Shown piece by piece: positions 8,175-17,789 of a DNA stretch of 64,000 bases. The stretch is from an uncultured Gammaproteobacteria bacterium (lineage in GTDB: Bacteria; Pseudomonadota; Gammaproteobacteria; UBA9214): the NCBI GenBank assembly GCA_963701505.1, contig CAVOZZ010000009.1, positions 1,770 to 65,769 on the forward strand. The letters are read 5' to 3'. Position 1 is the stretch's first letter; each line of letters begins with the position of its first letter. Made by a program: the position numbers and the translations under genes. The notes under the pieces are model-generated. The model searched no databases. It had not been told where the DNA came from and saw only the letters and a program-made list of their open reading frames with translations.

Positions 8175-9368
8175 TCAACCAAACTGGCCATCCGTGCGCG
8201 GCCGGTACAGCATGGGCAGAAACACCCGCAGGAACAGGGTGAAGGCAAGGATCCACAATAGTTGAGACAGCCCGATCCAGAAGACGTAGTGAGTCGCATC
8301 AAGCAATGGCAACACAACCCGTACGATGCTGCCTGCCAACAGCAAAGCAAACATCCATGACACCGGGGGTGGCGGTTCGAGGACATCCCTGCCAGTATGC
8401 CCGAGCGTCACGCGTGCCATCATTCCCATGGTAAACAGGCCGATGCCACCAACAGTAAATGCGTGCAGGGGCAGAAATGGCGAAATAGCGAACACGTACA
8501 CCGCCACCTTGAGGGCGAAGCCGACAATCACGGCCGCGTAGGCAACAAACAACACCCACAGCAGTGGCCTTTCCCGGATACCTGTCGCATACCATCCTGC
8601 GAGCCGGATGCCATGCAACACACACAGCGCCCCGGCAAGCACCGCCACCGGCAGTGAATCCGGGTCGGCAATATCGGCAAGCCAGAAGCCGATAAACAGC
8701 AACAGGCTGGCCGCATCCAGCCAGTCGCGGTTGATCAGCGTGACCGTCTGATCGAGCCCGCGCTCGATGAAAAAGGGCATTACCCGGCGTGTCATGACAA
8801 AAATCAGTGCCATGACAAGGTACACTCCCGAATACAGACCGGCTCGCACACCCCAGGGGTAGATCTCCAGCACACCGGCATAGAACAGCAGGTTGGCAAG
8901 CATGAGCAACAGCACCTTGGAAAGGATGCCAAACTGTTTGAACTGTCGTACCTTGAAGATAGGCCAGGCAAGTGCAACCACCAGCAGGGCATTGAAAAGA
9001 ACATCCGCAAGCGCCGCCCACATCAGCATTCCGGTACCCCCGGCCAGCAGCAGCATGCGTGCAGCAAGCCAGAGCAGAAACAGCAGCAACAGCGGTATTC
9101 CATACAGCGTCTGTACGCCGGTCCAGTTGCGCACGGCCGTCAACAGAAAGCCGGCTATGACGGCCATGCCATAGCCGTAGACCATCTCGTGTGCATGCCA
9201 GATCGAAGCGGGCAGCGCCGCTTGCCAGTTCCAGCCGAGTACGAAGCTAGCCATCCAGAGCAGCATGGACAGCACCGAGAAAATCGCGGCACCGGCAAAG
9301 AACGGTCGGAAACCGAGGTTAAGGATGGCAACACCGGCGTGCCGCACAGGCTGTTCGGAATCAGGCAT
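8175..9368 (-). CDS. nnrS: NnrS family membrane protein (NO-response associated)
   Basis: 397 aa, about 12 TM helices. The N-terminus LNLGFRPFFAGAAIFSVLSMLLWM is typical of NnrS as I remember it. Confidence 0.7.
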   Translation of the reverse strand: MPDSEQPVRHAGVAILNLGFRPFFAGAAIFSVLSMLLWMASFVLGWNWQAALPASIWHAHEMVYGYGMAVIAGFLLTAVRNWTGVQTLYGIPLLLLFLLWLAARMLLLAGGTGMLMWAALADVLFNALLVVALAWPIFKVRQFKQFGILSKVLLLMLANLLFYAGVLEIYPWGVRAGLYSGVYLVMALIFVMTRRVMPFFIERGLDQTVTLINRDWLDAASLLLFIGFWLADIADPDSLPVAVLAGALCVLHGIRLAGWYATGIRERPLLWVLFVAYAAVIVGFALKVAVYVFAISPFLPLHAFTVGGIGLFTMGMMARVTLGHTGRDVLEPPPPVSWMFALLLAGSIVRVVLPLLDATHYVFWIGLSQLLWILAFTLFLRVFLPMLYRPRTDGQFG

Positions 9369-9538
9369 GCGGGATGCCGGTGGGAAAGAACCTGCCGCGA
9401 GGATCTATACTGACAGGATACCTGCCAGCCGCTGGAGCACACGAATGCTCAAATATCATTACCGAGAGGTGATGATTAATTTGGTTATTCCCGTTGCTTC
9501 CGTGGCAAAAAAGACGGTCTTATCGGGTTGATACGATA

Positions 9539-10042
9539 CTAGTAACGCCCGTTCATCTTGGCAATATAATTGGTCAGCTCGACCTGCTGGAAATTCATGT
9601 TGCGCAGGATGCGGTGCACGGTACGGACAATGGCACGCATGACCTTGTAGACAAGATCCGGGTCTTTCTCCAGCAGGCTCTCGAAGCTGTCACGATCCAG
9701 CCGCAACAGCTCGCAGTTGCCCATCGCACGCACACCCGCAGAATGCTCCACGCCGTCCAGAAAACCCAGCTCCCCGAGGATGTCACCTGCACGGAGGATC
9801 TGCAGGCCGACCTGCTCACCGCCGGCAGCATGCGACACGACCTCCATATTCCCCTTGGTCAGGACATGCAGGCAGTCATCCTTCTGGTCTTCCTCGATAA
9901 GGAAACCCTGGTCCCTGATCCCGCAGGCGGTCATGACACTTGCCAGCAGCTCACACTGTGCATCGCTGAGTTCCTCACCCAGGGGAGATGACTTGATGGC
10001 AGATGCGCTGACAGCCATATCGGTGCATGTGTTGTCGCTCAT
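9539..10042 (-). CDS. cyclic nucleotide-binding domain protein
   Basis: 167 aa. cNMP-binding signature GDILGELGFLDGVEHSAGVRA. No DNA-binding domain. Confidence 0.75.
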   Translation of the reverse strand: MSDNTCTDMAVSASAIKSSPLGEELSDAQCELLASVMTACGIRDQGFLIEEDQKDDCLHVLTKGNMEVVSHAAGGEQVGLQILRAGDILGELGFLDGVEHSAGVRAMGNCELLRLDRDSFESLLEKDPDLVYKVMRAIVRTVHRILRNMNFQQVELTNYIAKMNGRY

Positions 10043-10071
10043 ATTTGGAATCCCTCGCCGGCAAAACCGGG

Positions 10072-10611
10072 TTATTGTGTTGTCTCTGAATGTGGTTTGC
10101 GGGTCACCACCACCTGCCGCAGGATCAGACCGAGCATCAGTAGCAGCCCGGTTGATAAAAGCAGGCCGATGATATATGCCATGGCCGTCACCGGTGCCGG
10201 CATCTCCAGCATGTGGACCATACCATGATACAGGGCAAACCCGCCAAAGAAGATGTAGCCGAAATACTGTGGCGCCGCAATGCCTGCCGCAATAATACCC
10301 GCCGTCAGCAACACCACCAGGATGGTCGACAGCTGCAGCAGCGGAAACAGCAGGCAGCAGGCGCCCAGCAGCACGCCACCCAGAAACAACAACAGGAAAT
10401 AGCCCACGTCCGTCACCCCGTGATCGCCGGAACGCCCCGCCCAGAAGCCGGCAGCGATGGCAATCAGCAGGTGATCCAGACCGGTCGCCGGGTGCATGAA
10501 GCCATCGGCCAGCCCGGCTGTATGACCGGCGCCGGAGTGCGCAAGTGCGAGCGGGGAAAGCAGCAAGATCATTGGCACCAACAGTATCTTCGACAGGGTT
10601 CTCGGTTGCAT
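10072..10611 (-). CDS. hupE: HupE/UreJ family nickel transporter
   Basis: Signal peptide then HSGAGHTAGLADGFMHPATGLDHLLIAIAAGFWA. GGAG SD before ATG 10611; the track ORF starts at 10635. Confidence 0.8.
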   Translation of the reverse strand: MQPRTLSKILLVPMILLLSPLALAHSGAGHTAGLADGFMHPATGLDHLLIAIAAGFWAGRSGDHGVTDVGYFLLLFLGGVLLGACCLLFPLLQLSTILVVLLTAGIIAAGIAAPQYFGYIFFGGFALYHGMVHMLEMPAPVTAMAYIIGLLLSTGLLLMLGLILRQVVVTRKPHSETTQ

Positions 10612-10662
10612 AACATCTACTCCAGTTTCATTCATGGTTTTAAAAATACGATTCAGCTTGTT

Positions 10663-12385
10663 TTAACGTACCTTCACCTTGATCAGTTCCTCACCGTCCG
10701 GGTCGGTGACGTGCACCGCACAGGCAATGCAGGGATCGAAACTGTGAATGGTGCGCAGGATCTCGATGGGTTGTTTTGGATCAACCAGGGTATGGTTGTC
10801 CTGCAAGGCCGCCTCGTAGGCACCCGGCTGTCCGTTCTGGTCACGCGGACCGGCATTCCAGGTACTCGGCACCACGGCCTGGTAGTTCTTGATGGTGCCG
10901 TCCTCGATCACGATCCAGTGCGCCAGCGCGCCACGCGGTGCCTCCATGAAGCCGACACCCTTCGCCTGCTGCGGCCATGTTGACGGATCCCAGAGTGCTT
11001 CATTATGGGTCTTGGTATCACCGGCCTTGATATTGGCCACCAGGTTGTTGTACCAGGTCTGCATCATGTCACCGACAATCTTGGTCTCCAGGCCGCGTGC
11101 TGCGGTGCGGCCGAGCGTTGAAAACAGGGCATCCACCGGGACATCGAGGGTGCTCAGTGTCATGTTGACCAGTTCCTTCGCCTGCTCGTTACCCGCTGGC
11201 GTACAGCATCAGCACGCGCGCCAGCGGCCCGACCTCCATGGCATGGCCCTTCCAGCGCGGCGACTTCAGCCAGGAATAGGACTGCTCCACGTCCAGCTGC
11301 TCGTACGGCGGGGTGGGCCCGCTGTAATTGAGACTGGTCTCGCCGTCATAGGGATGCAGCCCCTCGTTCTTGCCGCCATCGTAGTCATACCAGGAATGCG
11401 CCACGTATTCCTGGATTTCATCGGCTGCATTCATGTCGACATCGTGGATGGTCGTGAGGTCGCGATTCAGGATAGCGCCGGATGGAATCAGGAAACTGGA
11501 CGGATCGTCCATGCCCGTTTCCGGGAAGTCGCCATAGGTCAGGAAATTACCCAGCCCTTCACCGCGCGAGCCCCAGTCCTTGTAGAAACCGGCAATCGCC
11601 AGCAGGTCAGGGATGTAGACCTGATCGACGAAGACCTGCATCTTGCTGATGATTTCCTGCACCTGTGCCAGCCTCTTGGCATTGATGGCGGAATCGGAAT
11701 TCAGGTCAATCGGACAGGCCACGCCACCGACCACGAAATTCGGGTGCGGGTTCTTGCCACCGAAGATGGCATGCAGCTTGGCCACGTCACGCTGCCACGC
11801 AAGCGCCTCCAGGTAATGCGCCACGGCCATCAGGTTGGCCTCCGGTGGCAGCTTGTAGGCCGGGTGGCCCCAGTAGCCATTGGCAAAGATGCCCAGCTGG
11901 CCGCCCTCGACAAAGTTCTTCAGCTTCTTCTGCATGTCGGAGAAATAACCGGGTGAGGATTTCGGATAACTGCTGAGGGACTGTGCCAGCGTCGAGGTGG
12001 CCGCGGGGTCGGCCTTCAGTGCCGATACCACGTCGACCCAGTCCAGTGCATGCAGGTGATAGAAATGCATGACGTGGTCATGCACGTACTGCGCACCGCT
12101 CATCAGGTTACGAATCAGCTGTGCATTTGGCGGAATCGGATAGTTCAGTGCATTCTCGACCGCACGAATGGATGCCAGCCCGTGCACCAGCGTGCACACG
12201 CCGCAGATGCGCTGCGCAAAGGCCCAGGCATCACGCGGATCACGGCCGCGCAGGATAATCTCGATGCCGCGCACCATGGTGCCGGCCGAATAGGCTTGCG
12301 CAATACGGTCACCATCCATCTGCGCCTCGATACGCAAGTGGCCCTCGATGCGGGTGATCGGGTCAACAACAATACGCTCAGTCAT
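10663..12385 (-). pseudogene. hynL: [NiFe] hydrogenase large subunit (Isp-type/group 1), split by one frame switch as assembled
   Basis: ORF 11189..12385 (RIEGHLRIE, QRICGVCTLVH) and ORF 10663..11163 ending DPCIACAVH are in different frames. Removing one G from the GGG run 11192-11194 (minus sense) reads ..LMLYASGNEQAKELVNMTLS... Confidence 0.9.
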
Positions 12386-12399
12386 AAGGTGTAGTCTCT

Positions 12400-12852
12400 T
12401 TAGGAATCCAGAAATTCGGACAAGATCCGGTACTGCTGCTTGCCTTCCTGCCCGGCCGTGTCATCGCCGGTTACTATTGAACTGGATGTCTGCGCCATCC
12501 TGCTGCTCAGGGCCGCCTGCCAGGCCGGGCCACTGGGCATTTGCCCGATGGGTGTCAACGCGGCGGTTGCTGCGCGCGCCACAAAATAACCGGCCTGCTC
12601 CGACCAGTCCCCTTCGGAACCACAGCGGGTATGGCAGTCAAAGGTGGTCGCCCTGGCGGTCTTCAATGCCTCGGCAAGCTCGTCTTGCGTGGCCTCGCTG
12701 TCGCCAGCCACTTGTAGCACACGAGCAATACGATGATCGGAGCACAACGCGACGACATTCTCCACAAAACGTGCAGCAACCAGTCGCTGCCGGGTTGCAT
12801 CAAGACCGTCAAGCGTCTTCCTGAATTCAGCATCATTGGTAATTTCGCTCAT
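12400..12852 (-). CDS. 150-aa hypothetical protein inserted between isp2 and hynL
   Basis: Its ATG (12852-12850) overlaps the isp2 stop as TGATG, with AGGAG upstream. Helical Ala-rich sequence MSEITNDAEFRKTLDGLDATRQRLVAARFVENVV.. with CHTRC. Ends 14 nt before the hynL start. I recognise no family. Confidence 0.6.
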   Translation of the reverse strand: MSEITNDAEFRKTLDGLDATRQRLVAARFVENVVALCSDHRIARVLQVAGDSEATQDELAEALKTARATTFDCHTRCGSEGDWSEQAGYFVARAATAALTPIGQMPSGPAWQAALSSRMAQTSSSIVTGDDTAGQEGKQQYRILSEFLDS

Positions 12853-14132
12853 CACTCCTTGCTCCCCGGTTGTTCACTGCCGGCAAGATGCTCTGCAATC
12901 GTTTCCGTCAGGCTGAGCACCGGCATATCCATGTCGTATTCCTCCAGCCCGTCTTCCAGATGGATGCGGCAGTTGGAACAGGCAGACACGATGGCATCCG
13001 GACGGATGGCATCCAGCTGCTGCTTCTTGCGGTTGAAGGCCTTTAGCCGGATCTCGTCGGCACGCTCATTGCTGCTGACACCGCCGCCGGCGCCACAGCA
13101 CCAGTTCATGGTGCCGGTCTCCGGCATCTCGACGAAATCTTCCGCCACCATGTTCAGCAGGTTGCGCGGCTGCTTCACCACGCCGCCGCGACGCGCGACC
13201 TGGCAGGGATCGTGGTAGGTCAGGCGCTGCGTTTCCTTGCCGGTGGTTTTCAGGCGGCCCTGTTCACGCAATTCGTCCAGCAGTTCCAGGATGTGCACCA
13301 CCTTGAAGTTGTAGGGACGACCGATCAGGTTAGGGCCTTCCCAGCGAATCGCCATGTAGGCATGCCCGCACTCGGGACTGATGACGCTCTTCACCTTGAG
13401 CTTTTCTGCAGCCGCAACAATGCGCTCCACCAGTTCCGCGGCAATTTCAGAGACGCCGATCTGGATGCCGCTGTTGGTGGCCTCAAAGGCCTCGGAGGCA
13501 ATGGTCCAGCTGACACCGGCCTGCTTGAATATCTTCGCAATGGCACCGATGAATTCCGGGAAGTTCATGATCTCCATGGAGGACAGCAACAGCATGTACT
13601 CGGCGCCTTCCACATCGACCGGGATTGTCAGCCCGATTTCCTGCTCCGTGTGGCGGATCTGTGCCTCCAGTGCCGGCAGCTTCACCCCCATGGGACTGCC
13701 GATGGTGATGGCCCGCTGGGTGGCACCGATCAGGCCCGCGGGTGCATGGCCGGCAGCCGCCATGCCTTCGCGCATCTTGCGGATCATGTAGGCGATGTCG
13801 TTACCGACCGGGCAGACCATGGAGCAACGGCCACACATGGTGCAACTGTCATACACCAGCGTTTCCCACTCGCCCAGCTCTTCATCCGTCACCGGCTTGC
13901 TCAGTCCGAGTGCCTTCGCGAAACGGCCCCAGAAGGTGTATTCCTGCTGCCACACACGGCGCAGCGGTTCCAGCTTGTGGATCGGTGTGTATTTCGGATC
14001 ACCGGTCTCGGTATGGAACAGGCAGGCATTGGCGCACAGCCCGCAGCGCACGCAGCTGCTGAAAAAGGCCGCCACCGGCGCATCGATCTGTTCCTTGAAG
14101 GCATTGATACCACGTTGCAGCGAAGCACTCAT
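12852..14132 (-). CDS. isp2: Isp2, HdrD/DsrK-like iron-sulfur protein
   Basis: 426 aa. Two ferredoxin motifs (CVRCGLCANAC, CTMCGRCSMVC) and CCG-type motifs (HDPC, NWCCGAGGG, CSNC). ATGA overlap with isp1. Confidence 0.85.
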   Translation of the reverse strand: MSASLQRGINAFKEQIDAPVAAFFSSCVRCGLCANACLFHTETGDPKYTPIHKLEPLRRVWQQEYTFWGRFAKALGLSKPVTDEELGEWETLVYDSCTMCGRCSMVCPVGNDIAYMIRKMREGMAAAGHAPAGLIGATQRAITIGSPMGVKLPALEAQIRHTEQEIGLTIPVDVEGAEYMLLLSSMEIMNFPEFIGAIAKIFKQAGVSWTIASEAFEATNSGIQIGVSEIAAELVERIVAAAEKLKVKSVISPECGHAYMAIRWEGPNLIGRPYNFKVVHILELLDELREQGRLKTTGKETQRLTYHDPCQVARRGGVVKQPRNLLNMVAEDFVEMPETGTMNWCCGAGGGVSSNERADEIRLKAFNRKKQQLDAIRPDAIVSACSNCRIHLEDGLEEYDMDMPVLSLTETIAEHLAGSEQPGSKE

Positions 14133-14792
14133 GAGTTCACCCCCTTGTAGCCGGCAATGGCACCGTTGTAGTAGCGCGCCATGAATAGCGTAAAGGCGTG
14201 CATCAGCTTGGTGAACGGAAACACCACCATCAGCAGCTCAACGCTGAGAATATGGATGGCGATCAGGGTCGGCGGTGACGCCACCCCGACGCGGTGGAAG
14301 GCCAGGTAACCGGTCACCAGTGGCAGAATGGTCACCAGCCACACCAGGTAATCCTGGAAACGCGACAGGAAGCGCATCACCGGGTGCCGCAGGCGATGCA
14401 CCAGCACGGCCAGCAACGCAATAATGGTCACCACGGTCGTGGCATCGATCACCGGCGTCGGCAGGGCCGGCCAGTTCAGGCCCAGCACCTCGTGGAACAA
14501 CAGGATATGCGGCGCAAAGAACAGCAGCACCACAAAGAAGCCGACATGAAAGATATAGCCGGCCACCACGTTAAAGGTGGAACGCTGCAGGGTGCCGCGA
14601 TCCGGTATAGAACGCGTCACGATGGTGCGCAGACCACCGGCCACGGCAGAACCACGCGCCTCGGCCAGGTTCTTTTGCCTCCCCAGCATCAGGATCTCGA
14701 TGATACGCACCAGCCACACCCAGCAGGAAGATGACCGTGGCGATCTGCAATGCCGGGCCACGCACCCACAACAACAGTTCAGTCTCAGTCAT
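14129..14792 (-). pseudogene. isp1: Isp1, NarI/DsrM-like dihaem cytochrome b, one frame switch near 14718 as assembled
   Basis: The N-terminus MTETELLLWVRGPALQIATVIFLLG is in ORF 14571..14792. The rest (WLVRIIEILMLGR...HILSVELLMVVFPFTKLMH) is in ORF 14129..14761. Confidence 0.8.
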
Positions 14793-14831
14793 CGCTAGTT
14801 ACCTTTTTCCAGGTCATTGATGGTTACCTTC

Positions 14832-15887
14832 TCATGCGCCTTCACGGCCCGTGCCTTTCTTCGCCCGGTTCAGTGCGCCCAGCGCAACACCGGCAGCGGC
14901 ACCGGCACCGAGCGCATACACGGCGGTGCGGGTAATATCCTCCGTCGGCATCGACAACGCCTTGTAAAAGCCGCCGCCATCCCAGAAGTCCGGCTCCGAA
15001 CAACCCAGGCAGGGATGCCCTGCCTCAATCGGAAAACTGGTCCCGTCATTCCATTTTGTGGTGGCGCAGGCGTTATAGGTCGTCGGACCCTTGCAACCCA
15101 GCTTGTACAGGCACCAGCCCTTCTTCGCGCCTTCATCGTCAAAGGTCTCGGCAAACAGGCCCTTGTCATAGAAGGGACGGCGGTAGCAGCGGTCGTGAAT
15201 ACTCTGGCCGTAATAGGCCATGGGACGGAGAGTGAATCCAGTTCCGGGATGCGTGCCGAAGGTCAGAAAGTGCGCCAGCACACCGGTAATGACCACCGGG
15301 ATGGGGGGACAACCGGGGACATTGATGATCGGCTTGTCCTTGATCAGATCGGAAACCGATACGGCACCCGTGGGGTTGGGATTGGCGTGCGGGATACCGC
15401 CAAAGGCGGCGCAGGAACCGACCGCCACAATGGCGGCGGCCCCTTTTGCCGCCTCCATCAACATATCCACGTTACTGATACCGGCAATGGTGGAGTAACC
15501 CGGATTGGCCGTCGGTATCGAGCCATCAACAATCAGGAGATATTTGCCATAGTTCTCTTCCATGGCAGTTTCCCTGGCGGCCTCTGCCGCAGTGCCGGAG
15601 GCGGCTTGCAGCGTATGGTGGTAGTCCAGCGAGATGACATCGAAGATCAGACCTTCCACCGTCGGCGAATGCGAGCGGGTCAGCGATTCGGTACAACCGG
15701 TGCATTCCTGGAACGACAGCCAGATCACCGACGGCCGCATCGCCTTTTCCAGTGCTGCCGCAATGGCCGGCACCATGCTTGGCGGCAACGCCATCATGGA
15801 AGCCGTTGCCGCGCAGAATTTCAGGAAGCCGCGCCGGCTAATGCCCTGTCGCCGCAGGGCTTCGCCCAAAGTCTCGTCTTTCGACAT
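14832..15887 (-). CDS. hynS: [NiFe] hydrogenase small subunit with Tat signal
   Basis: ATG 15887 with an AGGAG SD. MSKDETLGEALRRQGISRRGFLKFCAATA (twin-arginine signal). Cys-rich FeS ligands (ECTGCTES, GCPP, CLGC). Confidence 0.9.
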   Translation of the reverse strand: MSKDETLGEALRRQGISRRGFLKFCAATASMMALPPSMVPAIAAALEKAMRPSVIWLSFQECTGCTESLTRSHSPTVEGLIFDVISLDYHHTLQAASGTAAEAARETAMEENYGKYLLIVDGSIPTANPGYSTIAGISNVDMLMEAAKGAAAIVAVGSCAAFGGIPHANPNPTGAVSVSDLIKDKPIINVPGCPPIPVVITGVLAHFLTFGTHPGTGFTLRPMAYYGQSIHDRCYRRPFYDKGLFAETFDDEGAKKGWCLYKLGCKGPTTYNACATTKWNDGTSFPIEAGHPCLGCSEPDFWDGGGFYKALSMPTEDITRTAVYALGAGAAAGVALGALNRAKKGTGREGA

Positions 15888-15919
15888 CGTTATCTCCTGT
15901 GTGCGATCATGTTGTCGCT

Positions 15920-16325
15920 TCAAGCAAGTTGCGACTGCAGTTGTTCAAGGCCGTGCCGGATATCTTCCTGCTGTGAACACAGCAGCTGCCGGTATGTCGC
16001 AGACCTCGATAAACTTGCCAATCACTTCATTGTCATTGTTGAAATGCACCACCACCCAGACACCGGGATAGCGTGTCTCGACAATCTCGGTGGGACCCAG
16101 TACATGCATGCGTGCATACACCTCGCCGTGATCCAGTTCATCCAGTAATTGCTGTTCCTCTCCCGGTGCCAGCGGCAGGCTGCGCAGATCGATCACGGTG
16201 CTGCCGCCATCATCCAGCAGCTTGACCAGCGCATGGCGGATTTCATGCAGCAAGGGCTGCACGTTATGGGTCAGGCCTTCACCGGCCCCGGCCAGCGGTG
16301 TCCCTGTATCTGTCACGCAAGGCAT
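15920..16325 (-). CDS. HupH/HyaF-like hydrogenase expression protein (single C-terminal-type domain); tail possibly frameshifted
   Basis: MPCVTDTG..VIDLRSLPLAPGEEQQLLDELDHGEVYARMHVLGPTEIVETRYPGVWVVVHF..FIEVCDIP. The as-read stop is at 15945. An alternative frame gives ..QLLCSQQEDIRHGLEQLQSQLA with stop 15920-15922. Confidence 0.55.
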
Positions 16326-16332
16326 GGAATTA

Positions 16333-17178
16333 TCAGTCCTCAGCTGTCCGGGGTGGCACTGTCGGGTCCGCAGACCACACCAGTAACGGGCAATTGGAAT
16401 GCCGTATGACCTCGGCGGTAACCGATTCATCCAGGGCACGTCGTGCACCCGTTTCGCCGTGCGTCGCCATGGACACCAGGTCGATATTCATTTCGTCGAT
16501 CTTGCTGAGGATTTCGCGTATCGGCCGCTTGTAGGTGCTCATGTCCAGCGACACCTTCAAGCCGGTATTCGCCAGCTTGACGCAATGATCCTGCAGGACT
16601 TCCCTGACGGCTGCGCGGTTGTATTCCGAGTCATCGGTATCGATTTCGTCATGAAACAGGATGACCTCCGAATCATGGATCCTGGCAAAGCGCTCCACGC
16701 AACCCAGGATGGAAGCGGATGTCTCGGTACCGTCGAGCGGCACCAGGATCCGCCGGAACAGTTGTTCGGTGCGTTGGTCCGACGGTGCAGCACGGGTGCT
16801 GTGCAGGATAAAGACCGGACAGGTGGACTGTTTCAGCACCTGCTCGGTGACACTGCCTTCACGGATCCGTTCCAGCCCCGAACGGCCGTGTGTCGACATC
16901 ATCAGCAGGGTGGCAGGCAGCAGCATGGTAAATTTGACGATTTCTTCAACCGGATCACCCATGCGTGTTTCCCGGCTGACGGTCCAGCCGTCGTTGTTCC
17001 AGCGCAGCCTGTATTTCACCGGCATGGGCGTCACCGCTTGCCACGGCATCCTTGCTCTCGGTATCACAGTGAGCAGGGTAATTGCGGTCGACTCGCGCGG
17101 TGTGATCGCGGTGACGTAGAGGAGCAGTTCCTGTACTGACTCCGAGCCATCCAGCGGTAGAAGTATTTTGTTTTCCAT
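16333..17178 (-). CDS. universal stress protein, tandem Usp domains
   Basis: 281 aa with two UspA-like halves (ILLPLDGSE.., ILVPLDGTETS.., MATHGETG). Confidence 0.75.
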   Translation of the reverse strand: MENKILLPLDGSESVQELLLYVTAITPRESTAITLLTVIPRARMPWQAVTPMPVKYRLRWNNDGWTVSRETRMGDPVEEIVKFTMLLPATLLMMSTHGRSGLERIREGSVTEQVLKQSTCPVFILHSTRAAPSDQRTEQLFRRILVPLDGTETSASILGCVERFARIHDSEVILFHDEIDTDDSEYNRAAVREVLQDHCVKLANTGLKVSLDMSTYKRPIREILSKIDEMNIDLVSMATHGETGARRALDESVTAEVIRHSNCPLLVWSADPTVPPRTAED

Positions 17179-17202
17179 TGGCCCTTTCCCCCTTGGTATT
17201 TT

Positions 17203-17719
17203 CTAGCCGTATATCGCCAGCAGGCCGGCAGCCGACCGTTCATGTGCCAGGGCCCAGCTTTGCAGGAGCCCGGTGATGCGGCCGGCCGCTTCCGGCAATG
17301 CCTGCTTCACCGGATTGCTGAGACAGTGCCCCCAGTCGACATCTCGCGGCTGCATCGCGATCAGGGCGCGGTTTTCCGGCAGCGTATCCGTCAGATGCGC
17401 GATCGCCAGCAGGTCACCGAGGCTGACCTCGTGTACGCTGCGCTTGGTCTTGCCGGCAAAACGGTCCATGTCCTGTCCGCAGAAGACCGCAACCGTTCCG
17501 GGAGCCGATTCCAGCTCCGCGGCATCGATCACAATCAGCTGCTCCGCTTCCTCGATGTAGGGCGCCAGGGTAAAGCTCAGTGTGCCGCCGTCCAGATAGG
17601 TGACACGCCAGTTCGGGATGATGACGGCGCAGGTAGTCGAGCATATGGACACCGGTACCCTCGTCGGCCAGCAGGGTGTTGCCAATACCCAGGATCAGTG
17701 TATTGATACGACGTGCCAT
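17203..17719 (-). pseudogene. hydrogenase maturation endopeptidase (HupD/HyaD family), one frame switch near 17610 as assembled
   Basis: The N-terminus MARRINTLILGIGNTLLADEGTGVHMLDYL is in ORF 17414..17722. The rest (YLDGGTLSFTLAPYIEEAEQLIVIDAAE..) is in ORF 17203..17685. Confidence 0.8.
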
Positions 17720-17775
17720 CAAATGCGCCCTCGATACTTGAGCTAGATTTGTACAGGAGTGAAAGATCAGGTTTA

Positions 17776-17789
17776 TTGATCCATATCAA
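17776..17789. promoter_or_regulatory. FNR/Crp-family binding site, perfect palindrome, central in the hydrogenase/hyp divergent gap
   Basis: TTGATccatATCAA, 10/10. Candidate -10 hexamers lie at class-II distance on both strands: TTAAGT 17812-17817 (+) and TACAAA from 17748-17753 (-). Confidence 0.65.

Noticed and set aside
10889-11956. 355-aa plus-strand ORF
   Set aside because: It is antisense to the hydrogenase large subunit. The same reasoning applies to 13212..14150 (antisense isp2), 19560..20522 (antisense hypD), 23206..23997 (antisense hypE), 24835..25737 (antisense CPA2), 36325..37263 (antisense gshA), 40934..41917 (antisense purK), 51315..52067 (antisense dxs) and 59044..60753 (antisense DASS permease).
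10663-12385. The hynL split as selenocysteine or programmed frameshift
   Set aside because: The first ORF ends in TAA, not TGA. The C-terminal motif is DPCIACAVH with Cys. The break is a simple one-base frame change at a GGG run, and similar breaks affect dozens of unrelated genes.
14817-16148. 443-aa plus-strand ORF, the longest unexplained ORF of the track
   Set aside because: It is antisense to hynS and the HupH-like gene. Its composition is Arg/Gly/His/Ala-rich with no motifs. This is a typical shadow ORF of high-GC coding DNA.
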